From Candidatus Latescibacterota bacterium (lineage in GTDB: Bacteria > Latescibacterota > UBA2968 > UBA8231), in assembly GCA_965248265.1 (NCBI GenBank), contig CBDFJF010000001.1, forward strand, positions 96,001-160,000: a stretch of DNA of 64,000 bases. Direction: 5' to 3'. The notes below the pieces were generated by a model, which saw nothing but the letters and a program-made list of their open reading frames with translations, made no database searches and was not told where the DNA came from. This document shows, in pieces, positions 9,167 to 19,238 of the stretch; the first letter of the stretch is position 1; every line of letters starts with the position of its first letter. Both the position numbers and the translations under genes were made by a program.

Positions 9167-10411
9167 GTGGGCTCCGTGGCCTTCCCCTTGAGGCGTTCCG
9201 TCGTTGCCGGCCTGACCATCGGCGCCGCAGCCTTCTTTCTTATCTGCGGCTACGAGTTCGCTCGCAGCGCCTCCTACTCCCTCTATATAGGTGCGTTCGG
9301 AGCGGAGCGGTTGCCGTTCGTGATGGCGCTGTCGCCGCTGGGTACGCTGGCGATCGTCTATCTCTACAGCAGGGCACTGTCCCGGCTGGGATCGCGCCAG
9401 ACCCTTTTCTGGACAGCGATTGCTGCTGGCGCAGCCATGCTGTTGTGCTATGTGCTCATCGGGACCGGGGTAAGTCTTGCAGTAGCCGCCCTGTACATCG
9501 TCCGCGAGTCCTACATCGTGCTGTTGATAGAGCAGTACTGGTCCTTCATCAACAGTACCCTGACGCAGGAACAGGCGCGTCGTTTCAACGGGCCCATCTG
9601 CGGCGTCGGGTCGGTAGGAGGGATCTTGGGTGGACTGGCCGTGGGTGCTTGGGCGGAGCCGTTGGGCAGCGAAACACTCATCCTCTTCGCGGCTGTTTCG
9701 GTGATTCCGGCAGCGGGACTCGGATGGCTGGCTCACCGCTTGGGTGGCGATCCCGTTCCCGATACTGAAGCTTCAGAGCGACGCTCGGGATATCTGGCAC
9801 TGGGTTTGTTTCGCCAACACCGGACCCTGGTTCTGCTCGCCGCGCTGATCGTCGCCACGCAAATCGTCGCCACTACCCTGGACATCCGTCTGGGAATCCT
9901 CGCAGAAGAAGCGATACCGGATACCGACAAGCGCACTTCCTACATCGGTTACCTGAACGCGGCTGTAAATGGCTCCGCTTTCCTGCTTCAGTTCGTAATC
10001 GCGCCGCTGTTGCTACGTCGCGTGCCTTTGTTCTTCGTCTTTCTCGCCATTCCGGTCGTGCATCTGGTGACCTGCAGTCTGTTGGCGATACAACCGAGTT
10101 TGACCATGGGCGCTGTTGCGTACCTACTGTTCAAGGCCCTGGACTACTCGATCTTTCGCGCCAGCAAAGAGATCCTCTACATCCCCCTGCCCTTCGACGC
10201 CCGTTACCGCGCCAAGGAAGTCATCGACGCCTTCGGTTATCGGGCATCCAAGGGCAGTACTTCCGCCCTGCTGGCCCTGGTCAGCGCCGCTGTTGAAAGG
10301 ATGCCGGTGGCCGCCTACCCACTCATCGCCCTGGGCGCCGCCGCGACATGGGTATCCCTGGTGATCAAAATGGTGCCGCGCCCCGCTCCATCCTCTTCAT
10401 CGACTCATTGA
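9167..10411 (+). CDS. Npt1/Npt2 (TLC/NTT-like) MFS nucleotide transporter
   Basis: YWSFINSTLTQEQARRF, KALDYSIFRASKEILYIPL...RYRAKEVID motifs; about 11-12 TM segments. Confidence 0.8.
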   Translation: MGSVAFPLRRSVVAGLTIGAAAFFLICGYEFARSASYSLYIGAFGAERLPFVMALSPLGTLAIVYLYSRALSRLGSRQTLFWTAIAAGAAMLLCYVLIGTGVSLAVAALYIVRESYIVLLIEQYWSFINSTLTQEQARRFNGPICGVGSVGGILGGLAVGAWAEPLGSETLILFAAVSVIPAAGLGWLAHRLGGDPVPDTEASERRSGYLALGLFRQHRTLVLLAALIVATQIVATTLDIRLGILAEEAIPDTDKRTSYIGYLNAAVNGSAFLLQFVIAPLLLRRVPLFFVFLAIPVVHLVTCSLLAIQPSLTMGAVAYLLFKALDYSIFRASKEILYIPLPFDARYRAKEVIDAFGYRASKGSTSALLALVSAAVERMPVAAYPLIALGAAATWVSLVIKMVPRPAPSSSSTH

Positions 10412-11236
10412 CAGCCCGAGTCCCACGGATGGGCCCGCCCCTACGTTCTCTCCCGAAAAAATCGATTCGTATGACAGATCCACTGATACCGCACCGTGTA
10501 CCTTCAAGGCCGTGCTTACCCCCCACTTGATGAAGTCACCCTCGGAAACCTGCATCGACATTGAATCCATGGCATCCATGAATCCACCGTCACCGATGAG
10601 GGTGTTGGTCCCCACCAGATAAGTTTTGGCGAAGACCTTTTCGTGTGGGGTCACTCCGACCTCCAGCGCGAATGGCACCTGCCTGGAGAATGGACCGCCC
10701 CGCAGACGGAAACCGAGTTCGGCCCCGACATAGACAGGTGCTGGGTACAGCGACCTGGAGGCCAGCAGACGGAACTCCAGATCCATATCCCCAGTTCCCA
10801 ATGGAGGATTGTCGTCTGAGTCGTATCCGGTCGGGATTTTCCATTTCACGTAGGGCGCTACCACCACCGGTGCATCCAACCACTGATACTTGGCTCCGAT
10901 CCCCAGGTCGCCTATCCCCCGGGTTGAATGGCGCTCCTGCGCTGTTCTGGAAACCAGTTCTCCCCAGTTGCCCTCACCCACCACCGTCAACCGGTCCATG
11001 GCGCCGTACTCGACGTAGAGAAAAACCTGATCGGCATCGAAAGAATCACCGGCCGTCAGCGCCTCTCTCTTTCCATCAGTGGTATAGTGCTCGTCGGCGT
11101 TGTATGAAATACTCGACAGCTTGGCGTAGTACTGGCCTTTCGTCTGTGCCCATGCTCCGGCATCGACTCGTTGTGGCAGGATTCCAGCAACAACCAGCAG
11201 GGCCGCCACGACAAAGGTCCGCTTGTTCCACCGCAT
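10397..11236 (-). CDS. Outer-membrane beta-barrel protein (MetA-pathway-of-phenol-degradation-like)
   Basis: Signal peptide, AGAWAQTKGQYY, YVEYG, GIGDLGIGAKY, KIPTGY motifs; amphipathic strands. Confidence 0.65.
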   Translation of the reverse strand: MRWNKRTFVVAALLVVAGILPQRVDAGAWAQTKGQYYAKLSSISYNADEHYTTDGKREALTAGDSFDADQVFLYVEYGAMDRLTVVGEGNWGELVSRTAQERHSTRGIGDLGIGAKYQWLDAPVVVAPYVKWKIPTGYDSDDNPPLGTGDMDLEFRLLASRSLYPAPVYVGAELGFRLRGGPFSRQVPFALEVGVTPHEKVFAKTYLVGTNTLIGDGGFMDAMDSMSMQVSEGDFIKWGVSTALKVHGAVSVDLSYESIFSGENVGAGPSVGLGLSMSR

Positions 11237-11405
11237 GGTGACTTCTCCTCGAAAGGGTTGAAATCTTCCTGAGTTTCTGTCGGATGGTGCGGAGTATGAT
11301 AACGCATTGGTCCCGCGATGGCGATGACTGTCAATTCCTCTCCATCGTCCCTATTTTTTCACCCTGAAGACGGGCAGTTTGTCGGGTGGCCTATCAGGAG
11401 CGATC

Positions 11406-12128
11406 ATGCTCGAGATTATCGGTCTGAGTAAACACTTCGGCGACGTGAGAGCCGTCAACGATCTCAACCTGACCATCAACCCAGGTGAGATATTCACCAT
11501 GCTTGGAGCCAACGGGGCCGGGAAGACGACGACCCTGATGGTGTCGCTGGGGTTCACCGAGCCCACATCGGGCACCGTCAGGATCTGTGGCATCGACGTA
11601 ATGGAAGACCCCCTGGAAGCGAAGCGGCACGTGGCGTACGTATCAGAAAACGTGATGCTGTACGGGAATTTTACTGCAAGACAGAACCTGGATTTCTTCA
11701 CCAAACTGGGTGGCCGCAAGGACGCGAGCGATGAAGACTACGAGCAGGCCATGGGGCGAGTCGGCCTGCAACGAGAGGCCTATCACCGCCGCGTCAAGGG
11801 ATTCTCCAAGGGGATGCGCCAGAAACTCGGCATTGCCATCGCCATCATGAAGGATGCGGAAGTCATTCTACTGGACGAGCCCACCTCCGGACTCGACCCC
11901 AAGTCGGGCGCTGAGTTCCTCCAACTTCTTGCTGAACTGCGCGCCGAGAACAAGGCCATCTGGATGACGACTCACGATATCTTTCGGGCCAAGGCCGTGG
12001 CTGACCGGGTCGGAATCATGACGGAAGGTTCGCTGGTCAGGATTCTCACCAGGGACGAACTGGAGGAAGCGGATCTCGAGAAGATCTACATCGACTACGT
12101 CAGCCAGCCGGCTGACCAGCTCGCTTGA
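11406..12128 (+). CDS. ABC transporter ATP-binding protein (export type)
   Basis: Walker A GANGAGKTT, signature FSKGMRQK, Walker B LLDEPTSGLDP; AGGAG RBS before ATG 11406. Confidence 0.93.
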   Translation: MLEIIGLSKHFGDVRAVNDLNLTINPGEIFTMLGANGAGKTTTLMVSLGFTEPTSGTVRICGIDVMEDPLEAKRHVAYVSENVMLYGNFTARQNLDFFTKLGGRKDASDEDYEQAMGRVGLQREAYHRRVKGFSKGMRQKLGIAIAIMKDAEVILLDEPTSGLDPKSGAEFLQLLAELRAENKAIWMTTHDIFRAKAVADRVGIMTEGSLVRILTRDELEEADLEKIYIDYVSQPADQLA

Positions 12129-13494
12129 ACCACACTAATTCATCCGCCATGCGCTACCTCTTCGCCACCGCCCCATTACTGCTCGCGCCCCTGATTGCAC
12201 CCAACGCCGCGGCCGAGCCAGTGACCATCACCCTCGATCGCTCGATCGCGGCGGCCGCCGAACACAATCGCGAACTGATCCAGGCACGTACCCGTGTCGA
12301 AGAGGTGCAGCGCGGCGACCGCATCATCGTTCGTTCACGGTACATGCCACACTTGAGCGTCACCACGACCTACGACGTCGAGGCCAGTGCCAATACACCG
12401 AGCGGCAAAACCGAAGAGGAATTCGGCGGCCGCGTGGAGTACTCCCAGCGCTTATTCGAGTTTGGGCCGAATGCGACTCAGGAAATCGGCCTGCGCTCCG
12501 ACCTGCGCCAGGCTCTCTTCGCCTACCAGGACAAGCTGCACGAGGTGCAGGCCCGGGTATGGCAGCTGTTCCAACTCGTTCTCCTACAGGAGGAGCAGAT
12601 TCAGCTGCGCCGCGACTCACGGGACAGATTCATGTCAACGCTGGAGCGCCAACAAGCCCGTTTCGACAAGCGATTGGCCTCAGAGGAGGATCAGCTGAAC
12701 GCTGAGCTCAACGTTCTCAACGAAGACCTCGCCATCAACAGACTCGTGCGACAACAGTTCAACAACAAGATGGAGCTGCTCAAGCTCACCGGCCGGCCGG
12801 CACCCAGGTGGAGCTCGAAGGGAAGTCCGTCCCTTTTCCCGTTGATCAGGAGGAGGCCGTCGCCATCGCGCTGGGACGGGACGTCGGACTTGCCATTCGA
12901 GAAGAAGAGCTGAACGAACAGCGACGCGCGCTGGCAGAGGTCAATTGGGAATACAGTCCGGATCTGTCGGTGCGTGCCGGGGTTGAGGATGGCCGTGCGG
13001 ATGCCGAGATCAACGTCGATCGCCGGGCCGGAACCTGGGGCCTGGATGTCGCGTCAGGATATGACCTGAAGGAAAAGGATGATGCTGATCCCCAACCCGG
13101 TGACCCTCAGTGGTCCGCCGAGATCGAAGCGCGCATCCCCATCTTCGAGGGCGGCTCCAGGATCGGCCAAAAACGTCGCGAGCAAGCCAGGCTCGAACGC
13201 ATCATGGAGGAAATTCGCGACCTGCGTGCCGGTGTTGATTTGGACGTACGCCAGGCGTTTCAGTCGATGCTCGAAGCCGAGGTGCAACAACGGATTCAGG
13301 AGAAACGCGTCTTTATCGCCCGTCGCCGGCTTGACATCAATCAGTACCTCAAGGATAAGGGCCGCGCTGACGAGGCCAAACTCGAGCAAGTCCGTGACCA
13401 GTTTTTTGGCGAGCAGGACGACCTTTTCGACGACCGGGTAAACTACATCAACCGGCAAGCTGAGCTACGCCGCCTTATGGGGTTCGTGGAGTAA
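12125..13494 (+). pseudogene. TolC-family outer-membrane efflux protein split by a frameshift near 12790-12810
   Basis: ORFs 12125..12913 and 12808..13494 each carry one TolC half-repeat (YSQRLFEFG; RIPIFEGG...ELRRLMG); frame changes after KLTG. Confidence 0.7.
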
Positions 13495-13552
13495 TTCGAC
13501 GATTGCTTGCACCACTCGCCTGCGCACCGAGCGCAACAACCGGGAGACCGTA

Positions 13553-14104
13553 ATGAAGTCAAGATTCATTCTCGCCACTGCAGCTGTCAGCATGGCAACC
13601 CTTACCGCCGCATTCGCCCAACCTCGAATCGGCTATATCGATTCCCAGGTGCTCACGCAGCAGCTACCTGCATTTCAGGATATCCAGCAACAGCTGGAGA
13701 ACCTGCGACAAAGTTTCCAGCAAGAGGCAATCGATCGAGAAAGCAAGCTCAGGTCCATGCAGGAGGCCTTCACCAAGCAAGAGTTGCTGATGAGCGAGGT
13801 GCGCAAGGCACAGATGCAGCAGGAAATGGAAACGCAGTACATGCAGCTGCAACAGTACACGCAGGAAAAACTCGGCCCGGAAGGCGAGTTGGCCCGCAGG
13901 CATCTCGAGCTGTCATCCCCCATCTTCGCACACGTGAACGACGTCTTGAAGATGATCGCCGACGAAGATTCCTACGATCTCATCCTTGATGCTGCCGTGG
14001 GTGGGGTCATCGTTTTCGCCGACCCGCAGTACGACCTCACGGACAAGCTGTTGGCAAGGCTGCTGGCGGAGAAAGAGAGCGCTCAACCGGAGGAGGCGGA
14101 GTAA
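13553..14104 (+). CDS. skp: OmpH/Skp periplasmic chaperone
   Basis: Signal peptide, RIGYIDSQ, coiled coil, YDLILD...FADPQYDLTDKLL. Confidence 0.88.
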   Translation: MKSRFILATAAVSMATLTAAFAQPRIGYIDSQVLTQQLPAFQDIQQQLENLRQSFQQEAIDRESKLRSMQEAFTKQELLMSEVRKAQMQQEMETQYMQLQQYTQEKLGPEGELARRHLELSSPIFAHVNDVLKMIADEDSYDLILDAAVGGVIVFADPQYDLTDKLLARLLAEKESAQPEEAE

Positions 14105-14152
14105 AGCGGCTCGCCCAGACTCTACAGTCAGCCGGGCTCCCGATCACGAAAA

Positions 14153-14968
14153 TCATTTTCGTGCCGACGCCGACCGCTTGAACACCGGCCGGAGATCGGC
14201 GGATTCCTTCTTGTCGAAGCGGTACCCACCGACATCGAATCCAGAAAGCTCCCCGGGTTTCTTCACATTGTTGTCGATGATCCAGCGCGACATGAGGCCA
14301 CGCGCGTACTTGGCGAACAGGCCCATTACTTTGAACTCGCCCTTGGACTCATCCTTGAACGCCGGATGGACCACCGGGCACGGAAGTTCGGCCTCCTTCA
14401 CCGATTTGTAGTACTCCCCACTGGCCAGGTTGCAGATCCAGTCGGGCTTCTCTTCGACCAGAGCCTCGGTGATGGCGCTGCCCCAGAACTCGTAGAGGTC
14501 TTTTCCCCTCGGCGTCTTCAGCTTGGTGCCCATTTCCAGTCGATAGGGCAGGATCTGGTCGTAGGGTTTGAGCACGCCGTAAAGGCCCGAAAGCATGCGG
14601 ATGCTAGCCTGGGCCCGTTCGATTTGCTTCGCCTTCATCGAGGGCGCGTCCAATCCCTGGTACACATCGCCGGTGAAGGCCCACAGGGCCTGCTTTGCCG
14701 GCGGAGGAACGCCATCCTTCGTGCTCCTTTTCTTGCCGGCCTGCTTGTGGATGAGGGTGGCCTCGAAACCCTGATAGCGTTCATAGTTGAGCCGCGCTAG
14801 CCCCTTACTCAAGCCCATCAGCTCGGCGAGGTCACTCTCCTTTTTCTTCTTCAGCACCCCGGCCAACGCACTCGTCTGTTCGTCGAGGAATCTCGGCACA
14901 CCCGTTTTCTTCGTCGGTGCGGGCGTCTCAAAATCGAGTGACTTGGCGGGGGATAACAATATCAACAT
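14153..14968 (-). CDS. yaaA: Peroxide stress protein YaaA
   Basis: MLILLSPAKSLDF, LSGLYGVLKPYD, PYRLEMGTKL, NLASGEY, KYARGLM. Confidence 0.92.
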   Translation of the reverse strand: MLILLSPAKSLDFETPAPTKKTGVPRFLDEQTSALAGVLKKKKESDLAELMGLSKGLARLNYERYQGFEATLIHKQAGKKRSTKDGVPPPAKQALWAFTGDVYQGLDAPSMKAKQIERAQASIRMLSGLYGVLKPYDQILPYRLEMGTKLKTPRGKDLYEFWGSAITEALVEEKPDWICNLASGEYYKSVKEAELPCPVVHPAFKDESKGEFKVMGLFAKYARGLMSRWIIDNNVKKPGELSGFDVGGYRFDKKESADLRPVFKRSASARK

Positions 14969-15083
14969 CAATCGTTTCTCCTGATCGGTGGTGGTCCTGG
15001 ACGTGCGGATCCCGCATTGCATGGTCTAGTAGTCAGTAATGCCGTAGGTTGAAGATAACAATGGAAAGAGGAAAGGATAAACG

Positions 15084-15764
15084 ATGCACAACAAGACCGT
15101 GTTTTTGGGAGAATTGACCCGAAAGGAGCTGGGAGAGGCCATTTCCAGCGGCACCGTTCAGGTGGGTATCGTGCCCACGGGCGCCACAGAGCAACATCAG
15201 GACCACCTGGCGATGATCCACGACACCGCCAGTGTCACCGAGATCGCACGGCGCGTGGCCATGCGCTTCTTCCCGCAAGTGTTGGTAACACCGACGATCT
15301 CAATGTCGGTCTCCGAACACCACATGAACCGCGGCGGGGCCCTGACCGTGCGACCGGAGATTCACGCCGAGCACCTGTACGACATCTGTCACAGCCTCAA
15401 ACGGCTCGGCGTGCCGAAGGTCATCGTCGTCAACGGCCATGGCGGTAACAAGCTCCCCAAGCTGGAGGACAAAGCGCCAGAAGCCATGCAGAGGCTCAAG
15501 GAGCTGGAGGTGGAGTACGTGACGTATTGGCAGACAATACCTGCCGAGTTTTACGAGACGCACCTGGACAACGATCGCAGCGCCGGCCACGCCGGTGAAT
15601 TCGAGACCTCGTTTGCCATGATCGCCTTCCCCGAACGCATCCGGGTCGATTGCATCGAATTCGAGTCAGCGAAGCTAGCCACGCTCCCCAAGGGCGGCCT
15701 CATCATGGATGCGGTCGTGAATGGGGTGGCCGGCGAGGTACAAAAGCTGCTGGATCGAGACTGA
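15084..15764 (+). CDS. Creatininase-family amidohydrolase
   Basis: VPTGATEQHQDHL..HDT, SEHH, VNGHGGN, HAGEFETS. Confidence 0.9.
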   Translation: MHNKTVFLGELTRKELGEAISSGTVQVGIVPTGATEQHQDHLAMIHDTASVTEIARRVAMRFFPQVLVTPTISMSVSEHHMNRGGALTVRPEIHAEHLYDICHSLKRLGVPKVIVVNGHGGNKLPKLEDKAPEAMQRLKELEVEYVTYWQTIPAEFYETHLDNDRSAGHAGEFETSFAMIAFPERIRVDCIEFESAKLATLPKGGLIMDAVVNGVAGEVQKLLDRD

Positions 15765-15777
15765 GATCCGCCCTGGC

Positions 15778-16446
15778 ATGAGTCTCGTAATCTTTGATTG
15801 CGATGGTGTCCTGGTAGAGAGTGAGGCGATCTACGTCGCCGCGGAGCTCGAATACCTGTCGCAGGCAGGTTTGACCTTCGACCGCGGCGATTATTTGCGA
15901 CAGTTCATGGGTCTGCCGCCCGATGTCTGGCAGCAACGCGTTTCCGAAGTGATAACGGCGCAAGAGCGCGGCGAACTCGAGGATGACTTTTTCGACCGGT
16001 TACAGGACTTCACGACGCGGAAACTGAAGAGCGAGCTGGTTCCGGTGGAAGGTGCCCGTAAGGCAATCGAATCCATCGAGATGGAGCGATGTGGTGCTTC
16101 CAGTTCCTCGCCCGAAGGGCTGCAATGGAAGCTCCAGCACACAAACTTGATCGACCTGTTCGAACCGAATCTGTTTTCGACCCAGTTGGTCGCAAACGGC
16201 AAACCAGCGCCTGACCTGTTCCTGTTGGCCGCCGAACGAATGGGGGTGCCGCCTTCGGAATGCATCGTCGTCGAGGACAGCTCGAACGGAGTACGTGCGG
16301 CTAGAGGTGCCGGGATGAAGACGATCGGGTTTACCGCCGGCAGTCATTGCCTGGATGGTCATGGGGATACGCTTCTTGCCGATGGTGCTGACGTGATCGT
16401 GGAGGATTCCTACAGCTTGCTGCCCGCCGCGATCGGGCGGCTGTAG
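15778..16446 (+). CDS. HAD-family phosphatase (CbbY/beta-PGM-like)
   Basis: IFDCDGVLVESE, KPAPDLFL, VVEDSSNG. Confidence 0.9.
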   Translation: MSLVIFDCDGVLVESEAIYVAAELEYLSQAGLTFDRGDYLRQFMGLPPDVWQQRVSEVITAQERGELEDDFFDRLQDFTTRKLKSELVPVEGARKAIESIEMERCGASSSSPEGLQWKLQHTNLIDLFEPNLFSTQLVANGKPAPDLFLLAAERMGVPPSECIVVEDSSNGVRAARGAGMKTIGFTAGSHCLDGHGDTLLADGADVIVEDSYSLLPAAIGRL

Positions 16447-16685
16447 CTATCTCACCGCTGCCAGCGCCCACACCGCGTGGTCGCAGGAATACCATCGCCA
16501 CAAAGTGCTCATCAGGTGCACCGATCGCAGTCGCGTATTATTATAACTTATTGTAATTATTACGATTAGGTCTATATATTCTTGATTTATCATATTACTT
16601 GATATAAAGTAGTAAAGTTTAATGCCAGGGTGCCGATATGTCGGATAGAGCTTCGGATACTTTAATCCGATAGGAGGGTACCAAC

Positions 16686-16919
16686 ATGGAGCGTTTGTTG
16701 ATGGTGACCGCAGCCCTGGTCATCCTGCACGTAGGTCCACCCGCGACCGATTCCGCAGTCCCGCCAGCGCAGCAAATCGAAGCAACTGACCTTCGCGAAA
16801 AAGGGGAACGCGAAGCCCTGGCACCAGCCAAGGAGGTCGATCCGCTGTTGGCTTGCAAGCAGCGTGAGTGCTTGGAGCTCGAGGATCTTCCTGCCGGCAT
16901 ACGAGAGCGGCCGGATTGA
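16686..16919 (+). CDS. Small hypothetical protein, possibly exported
   Basis: Strong RBS AGGAGG, hydrophobic N-terminus, follows an AT-rich promoter-like tract. Confidence 0.5.
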   Translation: MERLLMVTAALVILHVGPPATDSAVPPAQQIEATDLREKGEREALAPAKEVDPLLACKQRECLELEDLPAGIRERPD

Positions 16920-16933
16920 ACCAGATTCTGAAG

Positions 16934-18028
16934 CTACTCGATATACTGCTCGAGCGCGCCGACTGAAATCCGCTCGGGCAGATTGCGTTCCGCCATGCGT
17001 GCGAAGGCTTCCTCGTCGTTGAACGCCGAACCGGTGATAAGGCAGACCGCCACTTCACCTTTTCGAATCACGCCTTCCGCAGCCGCTTTGAGGGCCGCCA
17101 TCACCGGTGCCGCGCCGGCCGGCTCGGCGAGAATACCCTCTTCGCGCGCCAGCCTTGCCTGCACCCCGAAAATCTCGCTGTCGCTGCCGGTGAATCCGGT
17201 GCCGCCCGAAGCTCGAGCCATTTCAATCGCCGGCGCGGCGTCGAGCAGCACGGGCACCTTCAGCCCCGTCACTGCCGTGTGAGCCCGCTGCACCTCGTCC
17301 CCGCCATCGCGACCTTCACGCAGACAGGAGGCTATGGTGTCGCAGCCTTCGGGCTGGACTATGTGGACGGCCGGTTTCTGCCTGACTTCCTCGTTCGCGA
17401 AGCCTTTGGCCACCGCCAGGGCCAGGGCGCCTGAACCCGCAGGGATGAACACGTGGTCCATGCGCGACAGCCCGCTGTCGGCTTCCAGGAAATAGGCGAT
17501 GGTCTCGGCGCCGCGCATTCCCTGCGGACACATCAGATAGTTGCTGACCAGCAGCGCCGAGTCGTCTCGCGCCTTGCATGCGGTCTCGAGCAGGTCGAAT
17601 ACACGCCGATCTACTTCGACGTCCGTGCCGAATCCGACGATCTCGACAATGTCTGCTCCAGCCGCCGCCATTTTACGCACTTTGCCCAGCGGGGTGCCGT
17701 CGGCGATGGCGATCGTGCACGTCAGATTGGCGCGGGCGCAGTAGGCGGCCACGGCGCTGCCTGTGTTGCCGCTCGATGTGAGCAGACAGCGGCTCTGATT
17801 ATTGGCCACCATGTGTGAAATCGCCGAAGCCGCGAACACGGCCTTGTGCGACATCGACGGTTGGCCGGTGAGATCGAGGAACCACAGATCAACCCCGGCC
17901 TGGGGCCCAATGCGGACCGACTCCACCAAAGGGGCCGGCCCTTCTCCCATGGTGATGCGCGCGTGTGGAGGCACTGCGCCCTCAGGATCGATGCGCTCGG
18001 CCCAGCGCCAAATGCCCTTATTCAACAT
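16934..18028 (-). CDS. PLP-dependent threonine-synthase-like enzyme (fold type II)
   Basis: ITMGEG, SHK PLP lysine, SSGNTGSAVAAY, PAGSGAL, EGILAEPAGA, CLITGS. Confidence 0.85.
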   Translation of the reverse strand: MLNKGIWRWAERIDPEGAVPPHARITMGEGPAPLVESVRIGPQAGVDLWFLDLTGQPSMSHKAVFAASAISHMVANNQSRCLLTSSGNTGSAVAAYCARANLTCTIAIADGTPLGKVRKMAAAGADIVEIVGFGTDVEVDRRVFDLLETACKARDDSALLVSNYLMCPQGMRGAETIAYFLEADSGLSRMDHVFIPAGSGALALAVAKGFANEEVRQKPAVHIVQPEGCDTIASCLREGRDGGDEVQRAHTAVTGLKVPVLLDAAPAIEMARASGGTGFTGSDSEIFGVQARLAREEGILAEPAGAAPVMAALKAAAEGVIRKGEVAVCLITGSAFNDEEAFARMAERNLPERISVGALEQYIE

Positions 18029-18217
18029 GTCTCACCTCCTGCACCTGAGCTTGGTAAGCCGTCGACCAGTTGGGGACATCTACGGCATCGGGATGCCATC
18101 ACTCGACGAGAAACCACCGTTTCACCATACTAACGCACATTGAGGAAGTAAGCGACGTCGGTCGCGCCGGCAACGGGTACGCCGATGCAGGCGCCTTGGG
18201 ATTGAGAGGGGTCACCT

Positions 18218-19222
18218 ATGGAACTCGACGCGGATAAGCTGCTCTGGATCTACGAACGCATGACCCTCATCCGCGAGTTCGAAGAGCGGGTGCACGTCGA
18301 TTTCGCCACCGGCGCTCTGCCAGGCTTCGTCCATCTCTACGCGGGTGAAGAAGCGGTCGCGGTCGGCGTATGCGCCAACCTCACCGATGACGACTTCATC
18401 ACCAGCACTCATCGGGGCCACGGCCATTGCATCGCCAAAGGGGTCGACGTAAGAAACATGATGGCTGAGATCCACGGCAAAGCGACTGGAGCCTGCAAAG
18501 GCAAAGGGGGCTCGATGCATATCGCTGACATCGACAAGGGCATGCTCGGCGCCAACGGCATCGTCGGCGGCGGCCCGCCACTGGCATGCGGTGTCGGCCT
18601 CACTGCTAAGTTGAAGGGCGCCGACCAGGTCTCTGTCTGCTTTTTCGGGGACGGCGCCTCCAACCAGGGTACGACCCTCGAGGGCATGAACCTCGCCGGC
18701 ATCTGGAGGCTGCCCGTCATCTTCGTCTGCGAGAACAATCGCTATGCCCAGTCAACTGGGGCCTCGTACCATGTTTCGGGCAATGACATTGCCGCCCGTG
18801 CCCGCGGTTTCGGCATACGCGCCGCCGCAGTGGATGGCATGGACGTGTTCGCCATGTACGAAGCGGCGCACGAAGCTGTAGAACGTGCACGCCGCGGCGA
18901 TGGCCCGGTGTTCATCGAAGCTCAGACCTATCGCAAGTACGGTCATTTCGAAGGCGACAGCTTTCTCTACCGCCCCGAAGATGAGCAGGAGTCTCATCGT
19001 TCGCGCGATTGCCTGCAGCACTTTCGCGGAGCCGTCCTCGCCCAGCAGCTGTTGAGCGAATCAGCGCTGGCCGCTGTTGAGCAGAAGGTCCGAGACGCGA
19101 TCGAAGAAGCGGTTGCTTTTGCCGGAGAGAGCCCCAAGCCCAGTCCGGCTGATACCCTGACCGATGTTTACGTGGACTTCCCGGATTCGGAGTTGTGGCC
19201 GTTTCAGGAGAGGCCGGTATAG
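18218..19222 (+). CDS. acoA: TPP-dependent acetoin dehydrogenase E1 alpha
   Basis: PGFVHLYAGEEAVA, STHRGHGHCIAKG, GDGASNQG...ENN, YGHFEGD; acoABCX order. Confidence 0.88.
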   Translation: MELDADKLLWIYERMTLIREFEERVHVDFATGALPGFVHLYAGEEAVAVGVCANLTDDDFITSTHRGHGHCIAKGVDVRNMMAEIHGKATGACKGKGGSMHIADIDKGMLGANGIVGGGPPLACGVGLTAKLKGADQVSVCFFGDGASNQGTTLEGMNLAGIWRLPVIFVCENNRYAQSTGASYHVSGNDIAARARGFGIRAAAVDGMDVFAMYEAAHEAVERARRGDGPVFIEAQTYRKYGHFEGDSFLYRPEDEQESHRSRDCLQHFRGAVLAQQLLSESALAAVEQKVRDAIEEAVAFAGESPKPSPADTLTDVYVDFPDSELWPFQERPV

Positions 19223-19238
19223 GAGAGGGATGAATGTC

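Noticed and set aside
18173-18190. Sigma54 promoter for the aco cluster
   Set aside because: GG-N10-GC spacing is present but the flanking bases do not match TGGCAC/TTGC, and no AcoR-type activator is in the window
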